Below are positions 37,720-45,968 of a DNA stretch of 64,000 nt, piece after piece. The translations under genes and the position numbers were made by a program. Position 1 is the first letter of the stretch. Every line of letters begins with the position of its first letter. The notes under the pieces were generated by a model. That model worked only from the letters and a program-made list of their open reading frames with translations, was not told the origin of the DNA and searched no databases. Origin of the DNA: an uncultured Fidelibacterota bacterium (GTDB lineage: Bacteria > Fidelibacterota > Marinisomatia > Marinisomatales > UBA1611). The stretch is from the NCBI GenBank assembly GCA_913040915.1, contig CAJWHW010000003.1:9701-73700 (forward strand). The letters run 5' to 3'.

Positions 37720-38863
37720 GTTGTATTAAATGCTCTTTAATTTTTGTTTTACTTTGGAGACCAACCATAAACACACATCCTCCTACAACAAATAAGCAAA
37801 TTGCTGCAACAATTAAATTATAGCGTTCATCAGCATAAAGGCTTCCCGTACCAATATCCGGAATAGGGATTGGTGCAAAGGGCATGTTAAACTGTTCTAT
37901 GAGCGGTCTGATATTGAGAATGTGAATTCCAGGAATATCCATTTTTATCATTTTGGAAAATACTCCTTCAATTCCGCCAGGACGAATAATATCGGTCACA
38001 TTTTTACGGTTTACGACTCCAGGTGGTAATAATTTTAAATTAAAACTAGTTCCTAAGCTGGCAACACCTCCACCAACATTGATTACAGCTTTATAATTCA
38101 TTTTTGGTAATATAGAAGAATATGTCATCATACGATTTTGAATATTATCAGCTAATTTTTCCATTTTGATAAGTGGCAGTTGATGATTTGCTATATTTTC
38201 GGTTATTAGTTTCCTCCCTGATGGAGATAACAAACGTCCCATATCATTTCTTCCACCAATTGAAGCTGCAACGCTTTTCGCTGGAATAAGACTATTGTTA
38301 AAGAGAATTGATTCCATATCTAGCCAGGTGAAATCAACCTGATTGGCACCCCATTGAGAAGCACCAACACTTGTAATGGTAATTGGATATACCCCTAACG
38401 ATTTACATGCCGTTAAAACAGCAATATTCGCTCCTGGCATAGAACCTGTCATTAGAATTGCAACCGTATCACTTTCTTTTAGATCAACCTGATACATTAA
38501 ATCAACAATAGCAGCTGAAAAATTAGGATCCAATGTTGTCAATTTCGCATCCAGATCTCCTTCATCTGTTGTAATTAAACTAAATGGACTCCCCACCAGT
38601 CCTGTCTCATTTGGATCATTTTCTATATCAATAAAAATGCCCTGTTCCATTCTACTTTCTTTCAGCAAATTCATTGCTTTTTCCATTAGACGAGCTGCTT
38701 TCACCTTATGTTCATAGGAAGGAGATACATCAATGGTTTTTGTATTCAAAGCAATTAGAAAACAAAGCAAGGATAGAATGGATAAACTCACCAGAGTCGA
38801 TGTCTTTTGAATAGCAGGAATAAAGGGTTGTTTTTTATAATTATTCAAACAGTACTCCACCAA
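37697..38863 (-). CDS. Poly-gamma-glutamate system third component (bitopic membrane protein, PgsA-replacing type)
   Basis: 388 aa with N- and C-terminal TM helices flanking a large extracytoplasmic domain (MTGSMPGANIAVLTACKSLGVYPITITSVGASQWGAN). It lies immediately after pgsB-pgsC. I recall a conserved 'poly-gamma-glutamate system protein' family in this position, and this needs an HMM check. Confidence 0.55.
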   Translation of the reverse strand: MVEYCLNNYKKQPFIPAIQKTSTLVSLSILSLLCFLIALNTKTIDVSPSYEHKVKAARLMEKAMNLLKESRMEQGIFIDIENDPNETGLVGSPFSLITTDEGDLDAKLTTLDPNFSAAIVDLMYQVDLKESDTVAILMTGSMPGANIAVLTACKSLGVYPITITSVGASQWGANQVDFTWLDMESILFNNSLIPAKSVAASIGGRNDMGRLLSPSGRKLITENIANHQLPLIKMEKLADNIQNRMMTYSSILPKMNYKAVINVGGGVASLGTSFNLKLLPPGVVNRKNVTDIIRPGGIEGVFSKMIKMDIPGIHILNIRPLIEQFNMPFAPIPIPDIGTGSLYADERYNLIVAAICLFVVGGCVFMVGLQSKTKIKEHLIQHEPDSLL

Positions 38864-39284
38864 ATAATAACATCACAGCCAGTTTTACCAAAACAGCAGT
38901 CAGAATTACGACTGCAACTGTACGAATAACTCCTTGCCGGTCCATCCAATTTGCAATTAGGCCAGGAATTATATTCCCAATTACAGCGACTGAACCTAAT
39001 TCTTCAGGCATAAAGATAAAATTTCGAGATATATAACCAAAAAAGAATCCAAGAATTAAGGCCAATACAATTCTACGTTTGCCATATAAAAACATAAATT
39101 TCCCCATTACCTGGATAATTGCCCAGACTAATATTGCAACTCCGAACGTGACTAAAACCTGGATCGGATGGTGAAGATAAAGGGAAATATAACCAGGAAC
39201 AATAATCCCTCCCGCCGTGACTCCTAGAGTCTCTGACAATACTAAACTTAATACAATTCCTAGTCCTATGCTGATCTCAGCCAT
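38841..39284 (-). CDS. pgsC: Poly-gamma-glutamate synthesis protein PgsC/CapC
   Basis: 147 aa with four TM helices. It aligns along its whole length with Bacillus CapC as I recall it (GIIVPGYISLYL..., MFLYGKRR, GNIIPGLIANWMDRQG). It overlaps pgsB by 8 nt. Confidence 0.85.
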   Translation of the reverse strand: MAEISIGLGIVLSLVLSETLGVTAGGIIVPGYISLYLHHPIQVLVTFGVAILVWAIIQVMGKFMFLYGKRRIVLALILGFFFGYISRNFIFMPEELGSVAVIGNIIPGLIANWMDRQGVIRTVAVVILTAVLVKLAVMLLFGGVLFE

Positions 39285-40458
39285 GGTATCGATATTCTGC
39301 TATTTTATTTAGTAGTTCTTGTCCAGCACCGACCTGATTTCCAATTGCATAAATCAATGTATCATGAGGCAAATCAATTAATGTATCTACAACAGTATCA
39401 AAATTATCATTCAATCCAATTATTTGTACTTTGGTACCTGGGGAATGGTGCAATAATCTTTGGACAGTATTTTCCACCTTATCACCTCTGATAATGAAAT
39501 GGTCAGGTTTTATCTCTTCAAGTGTCAATTCAATCATTTGGCGCGTACGAATAGGACGGTCGTCACGGGAATTAAAAAAAACACAGGTGCCTCCTTCAGC
39601 GGGATAACGGTCAATAATAAATTTCCATATCTGCAAAGTTGAAACGGGGTCATTAGCAGCCATACCATTAATAAATTGAATTCGTTTATCGTCCTTATCA
39701 AGGTACCATGCTATCAGAGCTCCTAAATCTGGCTTAACCTTGTGCATACCAGATAAAGCAATATCTCTGTCAACACCAACTTTAGTACAGACATCCAAGG
39801 CTACTGCCACGTTCGCTGGATGTTCCATATAGCTGAAATTGTCTAGATCTTTTAGCGTAATTTGTGTTTCATCTGACTGAATAAATTCTGTGTTATTAGC
39901 TGCGGCAACATTTTTTAGTATTTCAGGTTTTTGCTCTTCTCCTGTTATAAGTGTTCCGCCTACTGGAATAGTATTGCATAGAGAGTATGCTACATCATCT
40001 TCAGTCGGTCCCATTTCATCTAGATGGTCTGGACGTACATTAGTAATTACAGCTATATGTGATTGAACCATTTGATGCTCAGCTATCCACTGGTATTGAG
40101 GCTGTACTGCCATGCATTCCATCACAACTGCATCAGGTTTTTCATCTGCGAAATAGCTTAATAGTCTTGTTTGTTCACCTATGGACGGTAGACGCAAGCG
40201 ATGTATGATTCTGTCCTTTCCTTCAGCGTCAATAACTCTAGGTGCCGTGCCTGTAGTTTTTGCAAAGGTTCGGATACCTGCTTCACGAAGTCCCGCTGCT
40301 ATTAACCTTGTTACACTCGATTTTCCCCGGGTTCCATTAACATGGATTCTTAATGGGATAGCGGCCAAAGACCGCATATGATATTGAAATTCAAGAATTC
40401 CCGCGATGCATAAAGCTAATGCCAATGCACCGAGTACAATCAAGGGAGTGATGGACAT
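39277..40458 (-). CDS. pgsB: Poly-gamma-glutamate synthase PgsB/CapB (Mur-ligase-like amide ligase)
   Basis: 393 aa. It has an N-terminal TM helix, then IHVNGTRGKSSVTRLI, ECMAVQPQYQ, VITNVRPDHLDEMGPT, INGMAANDPVST and FFNSRDDRPIRT, closely paralleling Bacillus PgsB as I recall it. Confidence 0.9.
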   Translation of the reverse strand: MSITPLIVLGALALALCIAGILEFQYHMRSLAAIPLRIHVNGTRGKSSVTRLIAAGLREAGIRTFAKTTGTAPRVIDAEGKDRIIHRLRLPSIGEQTRLLSYFADEKPDAVVMECMAVQPQYQWIAEHQMVQSHIAVITNVRPDHLDEMGPTEDDVAYSLCNTIPVGGTLITGEEQKPEILKNVAAANNTEFIQSDETQITLKDLDNFSYMEHPANVAVALDVCTKVGVDRDIALSGMHKVKPDLGALIAWYLDKDDKRIQFINGMAANDPVSTLQIWKFIIDRYPAEGGTCVFFNSRDDRPIRTRQMIELTLEEIKPDHFIIRGDKVENTVQRLLHHSPGTKVQIIGLNDNFDTVVDTLIDLPHDTLIYAIGNQVGAGQELLNKIAEYRYHG

Positions 40459-40483
40459 ATAAGATTAGAAAAACCCTCCGGAT

Positions 40484-43400
40484 TTACTGGTACCCCAATA
40501 CCATCCGTATCAACGCAACCATGTCCATTACATTCACTAAACCATCTCCGTTGATATCACCAAAATATTCATTCACTAAGCCTTCATTACCAAGATTGTA
40601 GTCAACTAATAAGAGCACATCTTGAACATTAACTTTTCCATCATAATTCAAATCTCCAGCAAGACGTATTGTACTCCCACGAGTTGTAATTAATAATGCT
40701 TTACCATCACCTAATTCCATAGCTGCTGGATGATACTCATCATTGAATGTATATTGTAATCCAACAGTCATTGTTTGATCTTCAATCCCAACAGTACAAT
40801 AATTACCATGAATCTGGTCCCAACTATAAGCACCATAAGATGTATTATTAAAGTCCATATATTGTATAAGAATATCACCATCACCTGTTGGTGTAGAATA
40901 GTATTCAGGATCGAATAAAACTGCTTGGAAGGTTTCAGTCGAATTATTCTGATATGTTCTGACTCTTGACCATTGGATATAAAACCTTTTTTGATCCTCA
41001 TCGTACCAGGTATAAACGCGACCATTATTGGTTAATTTTAAATCATCCCAAAAGACAGCAATCATTCCACCGGGACCACCAACACCAGGAATTTGATAAT
41101 TGCGAAAAGATTCTAAAGTAGACTCGCCCATAGCAATCCACCCGTTGGAACAGATACTTACCTGATCATATTCCTGACCATAAAATTTAAATGTGAAGGG
41201 CAAATTTATTGTCTCTACATCATCTTGGTTATTCCCACCATCCGTTAGGGATGATAAATGAGTACCACTTCCTCCATATCGTCCATCAATTTCAATCCAA
41301 TTATATGTAGGAGATATAGTATATCCAATATCACCACTGTCATATATGTAATATCCATGGGCATCCGGACCAACCGGATCTAATACTGTTGGTTCACCGA
41401 TCTGCACTTCAACAATAGAGTTTGACGTATACCCTTGTTCCGTTTCTATATTAACAATAAAATGGACAATCGCTCCTGGTATTGTTTGTGCTAAAGCTCG
41501 TACCTGAAAATAATCATTACCATTGAGTGAAGAGCCACCAATGGGTACGGTTGTCCATGTGCCGAATGGATCCAAGATTTCTATAAATGGGGATGCACAT
41601 GTAATTGTCCCCGTCACAGCGATTGCATTTGTCGTTCCAGAATTTCCTAATTCAATTTTAATAAAGGAAGTTTCACTAGGTGTCAAAATATCAATTGCAG
41701 ATCCAATCACATCTATATCAATGGCATTTATATTATTTCCAGAAACATTTACATTCAATGCACCAGTAGTTGTGTTTCCTTCGATATCATAAAAATTTAT
41801 TAAAAGATCTAAGTTCGAACCTTCCTGTAAACCTTCTTCTAATGTAATTATAAATGGTGTTGGCGCATTCACAGTATTACCTACTGCAATGGATCCATAA
41901 TTAACTGTGGCAGATTCTATCATCACGCTACTAGATCCACTTGTAATAACTCCATTAATATTACCAGCATCATCACTACCAAAGTTTGTGGCGCTCACAA
42001 ATATTTCTAGTGTTTCACCACCATTAGCAATACCATCTCCATTTCCACTAGATGCACCATAATTATCATCATCAATAGTAAGCGTTGTTTGTAAAAGATT
42101 GACAGCAACTCCTGGATCATAAATCTGGAAAGAACTTTGATAAGGATAGTGATTTTTCTTGGTTACCGTAATTAATACTTCCCCTGTTTCTGATGATGTA
42201 ATTGGTAGACGAATAAATCCATTATCATCAGTATAACCTGATTCAAAAATTTCTCCATCCTTAAGTATTGTAACCCACGCATCTTCTAAAGCGCCATTAC
42301 CCTTGGTAACAGTAACATCTATAAAATTCGTACCCTTGGCTAAAGAATATAGATGTTCAACCGTTATTTGATCTGGGTAACTAGTCCACATGGGCAATGA
42401 TGACTCCCCCATCAGATTATTCCAATGTGTAAAAATATGACAATAGTTATCTGGATTAGTTGGATAATTTTTATACAGTTGCATTTTCCCATACATTAAG
42501 GCTGCACCTACTGTCTCAATACCTTCAATCAATGCCCCATAATAAAAGCCCATATCCACCATGTTATTAAACATTGTATGGGTCCCCAATGTAGCCGTTC
42601 CAATACATGCGACAGATCCTTTTGGATTTGATGATGTACCTGCTCGTATGAAAGATTCAATCAGAGCTTCTTCACTTCCAAACGAACCGGTTCCACAGGT
42701 AATAACTGTTGCCACTGGTAACATGAATCCGTTATTTGTATTATTAACATTTCCAGAAGTAAAACCACTGACACCATAATAGCCACGATAATTAAAAAAG
42801 GAAACACCTTCTGATAGTCCGGCCTGCATTTGATTGGCAAAAGACCCGCTGTAAACAGTGTTAACTTCTTCAAAACCTGCTACATCTAGCATTTCATGGA
42901 TCATTTCATTGCTGATCACACAAGAAACACCAGAAGTAGTTGGATCTCCAACTAAGCAGGCTCGTTGAAACCAATTGTCTCCCAAGTAAGGATTAGATTC
43001 ATAATTAAGTGTTTTACTTATTATTGTAGCCAGTTCAGAACTTGTATCAAATGATAGGCGGCCTAAAAACACTTCCGGAAATTGATCATTCCCTTCCAAG
43101 GTTGAGTATGGATGATCCCCATCACCATTATAATATGACCATGAATCTGACCATGTAGGAATGTCGTAGGTTCCTTCTGCATCACCTACAATGGTAACAA
43201 ATACAGGTGGGTTATCCCAGTCTTCATAGGCATCTTGAATATATGCCTTCAAATTATTTCTATTATTTACAATGGCAGAAGTGTTTATATAATTCACTTC
43301 ATACCCAACACGATTTTTCCATTCCATTAATTCTTCAACATAATTCATCATTGAAGTACTTAGATTATTAGGTAACACGTAGAGGATTGCTGGACGCTGG

Positions 43401-44065
43401 TAGTCAACATTTCTACTTATTGTTGAATAATTTACTACCAAGGATTTATATAGATCTTCAAATGCACGTGATTTTTTTTGAGGGATAAATGGCTCAGTCA
43501 TCATGCCATTTTCTACAAGTTCAACTTCTACACTATGGATGATTGACAACTCTTTTGTAACAGGGTTGTATTGAAACGGCGTGACTGAGACTTGGACCAT
43601 GGTCAAATCACGAAAAATTATTGGTTCAGATACCGTTGCTATTGATGACGGATAAATACTGTCTCTTTCATAAGAGCGGCCTTTAGTAATCTTTCCTGTC
43701 AAATTAGGGTCCCAACTCTCAAATGGACAAACATCAATATTGTTTAATGTTTCAGTTTCTTCAATATTAACCTGTACTGAATAAGATTTTCCTGGTTCTA
43801 CAGCATAAAATGTTGAAACTGTAGGCAAATATGGTTCCCCTGGATTAGCTATAGATCCTGCATTTAGCATTTCTGGTTTTATAAAAACGGATCCATCTTG
43901 CTCAATTTGTTTTAATTCATATCCGGGCATCTCATAACGAATTTTCTTGCCTTGCAATGATGAAATATCATTAAAACCATCATAGACCACTGGTGCTGGG
44001 TTTTCTGCAGCATAGCCAAAGGTTACCGCTACCATGATTACAAGTTGAATGCGAATTTTTGTCAT
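40484..44065 (-). CDS. Peptidase C25 (gingipain-like) family protein with C-terminal dockerin-type repeats (no T9SS CTD)
   Basis: 1193 aa with a signal peptide. C25 blocks are VFVTIVGDAEG...NDQFPEVFLGRLS, FNYRGYYGVSGF and TVITCGTGSF. Ig-like domains and the shared 227-aa module (40682..41362) follow. The C-terminal GDLNYDGKVNVQDVLLLVDY...GDINGDGLVNVMDMVALIRMVLG forms two dockerin-like Ca-binding segments (40493..40657). Confidence 0.8.
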   Translation of the reverse strand: MTKIRIQLVIMVAVTFGYAAENPAPVVYDGFNDISSLQGKKIRYEMPGYELKQIEQDGSVFIKPEMLNAGSIANPGEPYLPTVSTFYAVEPGKSYSVQVNIEETETLNNIDVCPFESWDPNLTGKITKGRSYERDSIYPSSIATVSEPIIFRDLTMVQVSVTPFQYNPVTKELSIIHSVEVELVENGMMTEPFIPQKKSRAFEDLYKSLVVNYSTISRNVDYQRPAILYVLPNNLSTSMMNYVEELMEWKNRVGYEVNYINTSAIVNNRNNLKAYIQDAYEDWDNPPVFVTIVGDAEGTYDIPTWSDSWSYYNGDGDHPYSTLEGNDQFPEVFLGRLSFDTSSELATIISKTLNYESNPYLGDNWFQRACLVGDPTTSGVSCVISNEMIHEMLDVAGFEEVNTVYSGSFANQMQAGLSEGVSFFNYRGYYGVSGFTSGNVNNTNNGFMLPVATVITCGTGSFGSEEALIESFIRAGTSSNPKGSVACIGTATLGTHTMFNNMVDMGFYYGALIEGIETVGAALMYGKMQLYKNYPTNPDNYCHIFTHWNNLMGESSLPMWTSYPDQITVEHLYSLAKGTNFIDVTVTKGNGALEDAWVTILKDGEIFESGYTDDNGFIRLPITSSETGEVLITVTKKNHYPYQSSFQIYDPGVAVNLLQTTLTIDDDNYGASSGNGDGIANGGETLEIFVSATNFGSDDAGNINGVITSGSSSVMIESATVNYGSIAVGNTVNAPTPFIITLEEGLQEGSNLDLLINFYDIEGNTTTGALNVNVSGNNINAIDIDVIGSAIDILTPSETSFIKIELGNSGTTNAIAVTGTITCASPFIEILDPFGTWTTVPIGGSSLNGNDYFQVRALAQTIPGAIVHFIVNIETEQGYTSNSIVEVQIGEPTVLDPVGPDAHGYYIYDSGDIGYTISPTYNWIEIDGRYGGSGTHLSSLTDGGNNQDDVETINLPFTFKFYGQEYDQVSICSNGWIAMGESTLESFRNYQIPGVGGPGGMIAVFWDDLKLTNNGRVYTWYDEDQKRFYIQWSRVRTYQNNSTETFQAVLFDPEYYSTPTGDGDILIQYMDFNNTSYGAYSWDQIHGNYCTVGIEDQTMTVGLQYTFNDEYHPAAMELGDGKALLITTRGSTIRLAGDLNYDGKVNVQDVLLLVDYNLGNEGLVNEYFGDINGDGLVNVMDMVALIRMVLGYQ

Positions 44066-44073
44066 AAGAGCCT

Positions 44074-44718
44074 CTAATATATGATCAATAAGTGAAAAAA
44101 TCCCGGGTAATAAATACTGCCCACATAAACACCAATACCTGATACGGCTAAAAATGGTGCCATTGGCAATGCCCGATCTTTGTCAAAGTCTTTCACCAAT
44201 GAAACGGCTAACCATGTAAATAAACTCAATAGTGAAGCAGAAAATAGCGTTATTGCCATTCTCATAGGGCCTAACCATGCTCCAAGTACAATTCCCATTT
44301 GAATATCACCATATCCCATCCCTTGTCTTTTAGTAACCATCTTCAGAAGTAACATTATTATCAGAGGAATAACTGCACCAACGAAAATTCCCCAAAGCGC
44401 TGCAGTAATATAGGTTAACTTAAGTAAAACATTTACAATTATACCGATGACACCCAGAAGGATAAAAATCAATGGGATTTGAAATGTGTAAAAATCTATA
44501 ACTCCGATCCCCACAAGCAATGTGGAAATAAATGCAAAAATAATCGCTTCACTTAGGGGCAGGCTTAGGAAAGCCCATATCCAGATTAAACTACACATTA
44601 ATTCTAGAAGAATATTTTTTGGTTTAATGTGATACCCATCAATACTTAGCCAATTAATGGTTTGTTTCAATCCAAACCCCGATAGGCATCCACAAATTGT
44701 TGTTAAAAGTAATTCCAC
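44074..44718 (-). CDS. pilD: Prepilin peptidase (A24 family), short form
   Basis: 214 aa polytopic protein. It has GVIDFYTFQIP (first Asp region) and GMGYGDIQMG (second Asp, GxGD). The Cys-rich N-terminal methyltransferase region is not obvious. Confidence 0.75.
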   Translation of the reverse strand: MELLLTTICGCLSGFGLKQTINWLSIDGYHIKPKNILLELMCSLIWIWAFLSLPLSEAIIFAFISTLLVGIGVIDFYTFQIPLIFILLGVIGIIVNVLLKLTYITAALWGIFVGAVIPLIIMLLLKMVTKRQGMGYGDIQMGIVLGAWLGPMRMAITLFSASLLSLFTWLAVSLVKDFDKDRALPMAPFLAVSGIGVYVGSIYYPGFFHLLIIY

Positions 44719-44720
44719 TT

Positions 44721-45968
44721 CTACAGGCCGGATTGCAGCGCAGCACCCATGTGAAAAACAGGTAAATATGTCAGGACAACCATCAACGCTAAAATAGCAC
44801 CCACCATCAGGATTAATAATGGCTCAATTAAGGTGGTCATTCTCTCTACCAACGCATCTACTTGCTTCTGGTAGTAATCAGCGGCGCGATCTAGCAAATC
44901 ATCTAATTCACCGGTCTCTTCACCAGTGGACGCTAATTGTAACAGTATTGATGGGAATACTTCTGTACGACGGAGAGCTGTTGAAATATTATATCCATCT
45001 CGTATGTAATCAGATGCATCTTCAACAGCTTTTTCATAGACACGGTTATCAACAACTTTTTTCAATAATGCTGTGGATTCTAAAACAGGTACACCAGCAC
45101 CAATTAAAATTCCAAAAGTCTTACAAAATTTATTTAGTATAGATTGTTCTAATAATACTCCAAATACGGGGACTTTTAGTTTAAATGAGTCAATTACAAA
45201 TCCACCACGTTGAGTTTTAGAAATCAACCATATTATAAAAACAACAATGAATCCCATAAAGATCATAAATCCAGCATTAGCCTGCAACCAGGCACTTAAA
45301 TCAATCATTTTACGTGTGGCCAGAGGTAGTGACGCTCCTAGAGTTGCATATACTTCAGAAAATTTAGGAATGATAAGTAACATCATGACAAGAAGCATTA
45401 CGCCAAGAAAAACAACCATAAAGATTGGATAGCTCATGGCTGATTTTACCTTTCGTCGTGTATCATCTAGACTTTCTAGATAGGATGATAATTGTTCTAG
45501 TATTTCATTTAGGTTACCACTTACTTCACCAGCTTTCACCATGGCGACAAACAAAGTATTGAATACACCGGGATGTCTTGATAAAGATTCGGAAAGATTA
45601 AGACCCTTTCTGATATTTTCACTGACAGTGGTTAGAATTCGTTTAAACTTTTTGTGTTTTTCTTCAGCTCCAAGACTATGTATAGCTCTTTCAAGTGTCA
45701 AACCAGCAGCAAACATTGTTGCTAACTGGCGTGTGAAAAATACAATATTTGAAAGTGGAATTCTATTCTTAGCTCTTTCAATTGAAAGTTGTATCTCATC
45801 TATAAATGGTCCTAAAAAATCAAATGAATCATCCACTTCCTTCAATGTGATGACCATTTGGCCATTTGCCGATAATTTTTGAATGGCTAAGTCCAGAGAG
45901 TCTGCACGTATTTCCCCTTCCTTACGCTGTCCTTCTGAATTTTTAGTTAAATATGAAAAAATAGCCAC
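44721..45968 (-). CDS. pilC: Type IV pilus inner-membrane platform protein PilC (GspF family)
   Basis: 415 aa with two GspF-type repeats (FTRQLATMFAAGLTLERAI; FCKTFGILIGAGVPVLES) and three TM segments. It overlaps pilB by 1 nt. Confidence 0.9.
   Translation of the reverse strand: MAIFSYLTKNSEGQRKEGEIRADSLDLAIQKLSANGQMVITLKEVDDSFDFLGPFIDEIQLSIERAKNRIPLSNIVFFTRQLATMFAAGLTLERAIHSLGAEEKHKKFKRILTTVSENIRKGLNLSESLSRHPGVFNTLFVAMVKAGEVSGNLNEILEQLSSYLESLDDTRRKVKSAMSYPIFMVVFLGVMLLVMMLLIIPKFSEVYATLGASLPLATRKMIDLSAWLQANAGFMIFMGFIVVFIIWLISKTQRGGFVIDSFKLKVPVFGVLLEQSILNKFCKTFGILIGAGVPVLESTALLKKVVDNRVYEKAVEDASDYIRDGYNISTALRRTEVFPSILLQLASTGEETGELDDLLDRAADYYQKQVDALVERMTTLIEPLLILMVGAILALMVVLTYLPVFHMGAALQSGL

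Noticed and set aside
40484-44065. The 1193-aa CTD-less C25 protein as the T9SS sortase PorU.
   Set aside because: Its length and the lack of a CTD are PorU-like. There is no adjacent PorV-like gene. The protein ends in a dockerin-like module and shares its architecture with the CTD-bearing paralog. I cannot decide this without a profile search, so I do not call it PorU.
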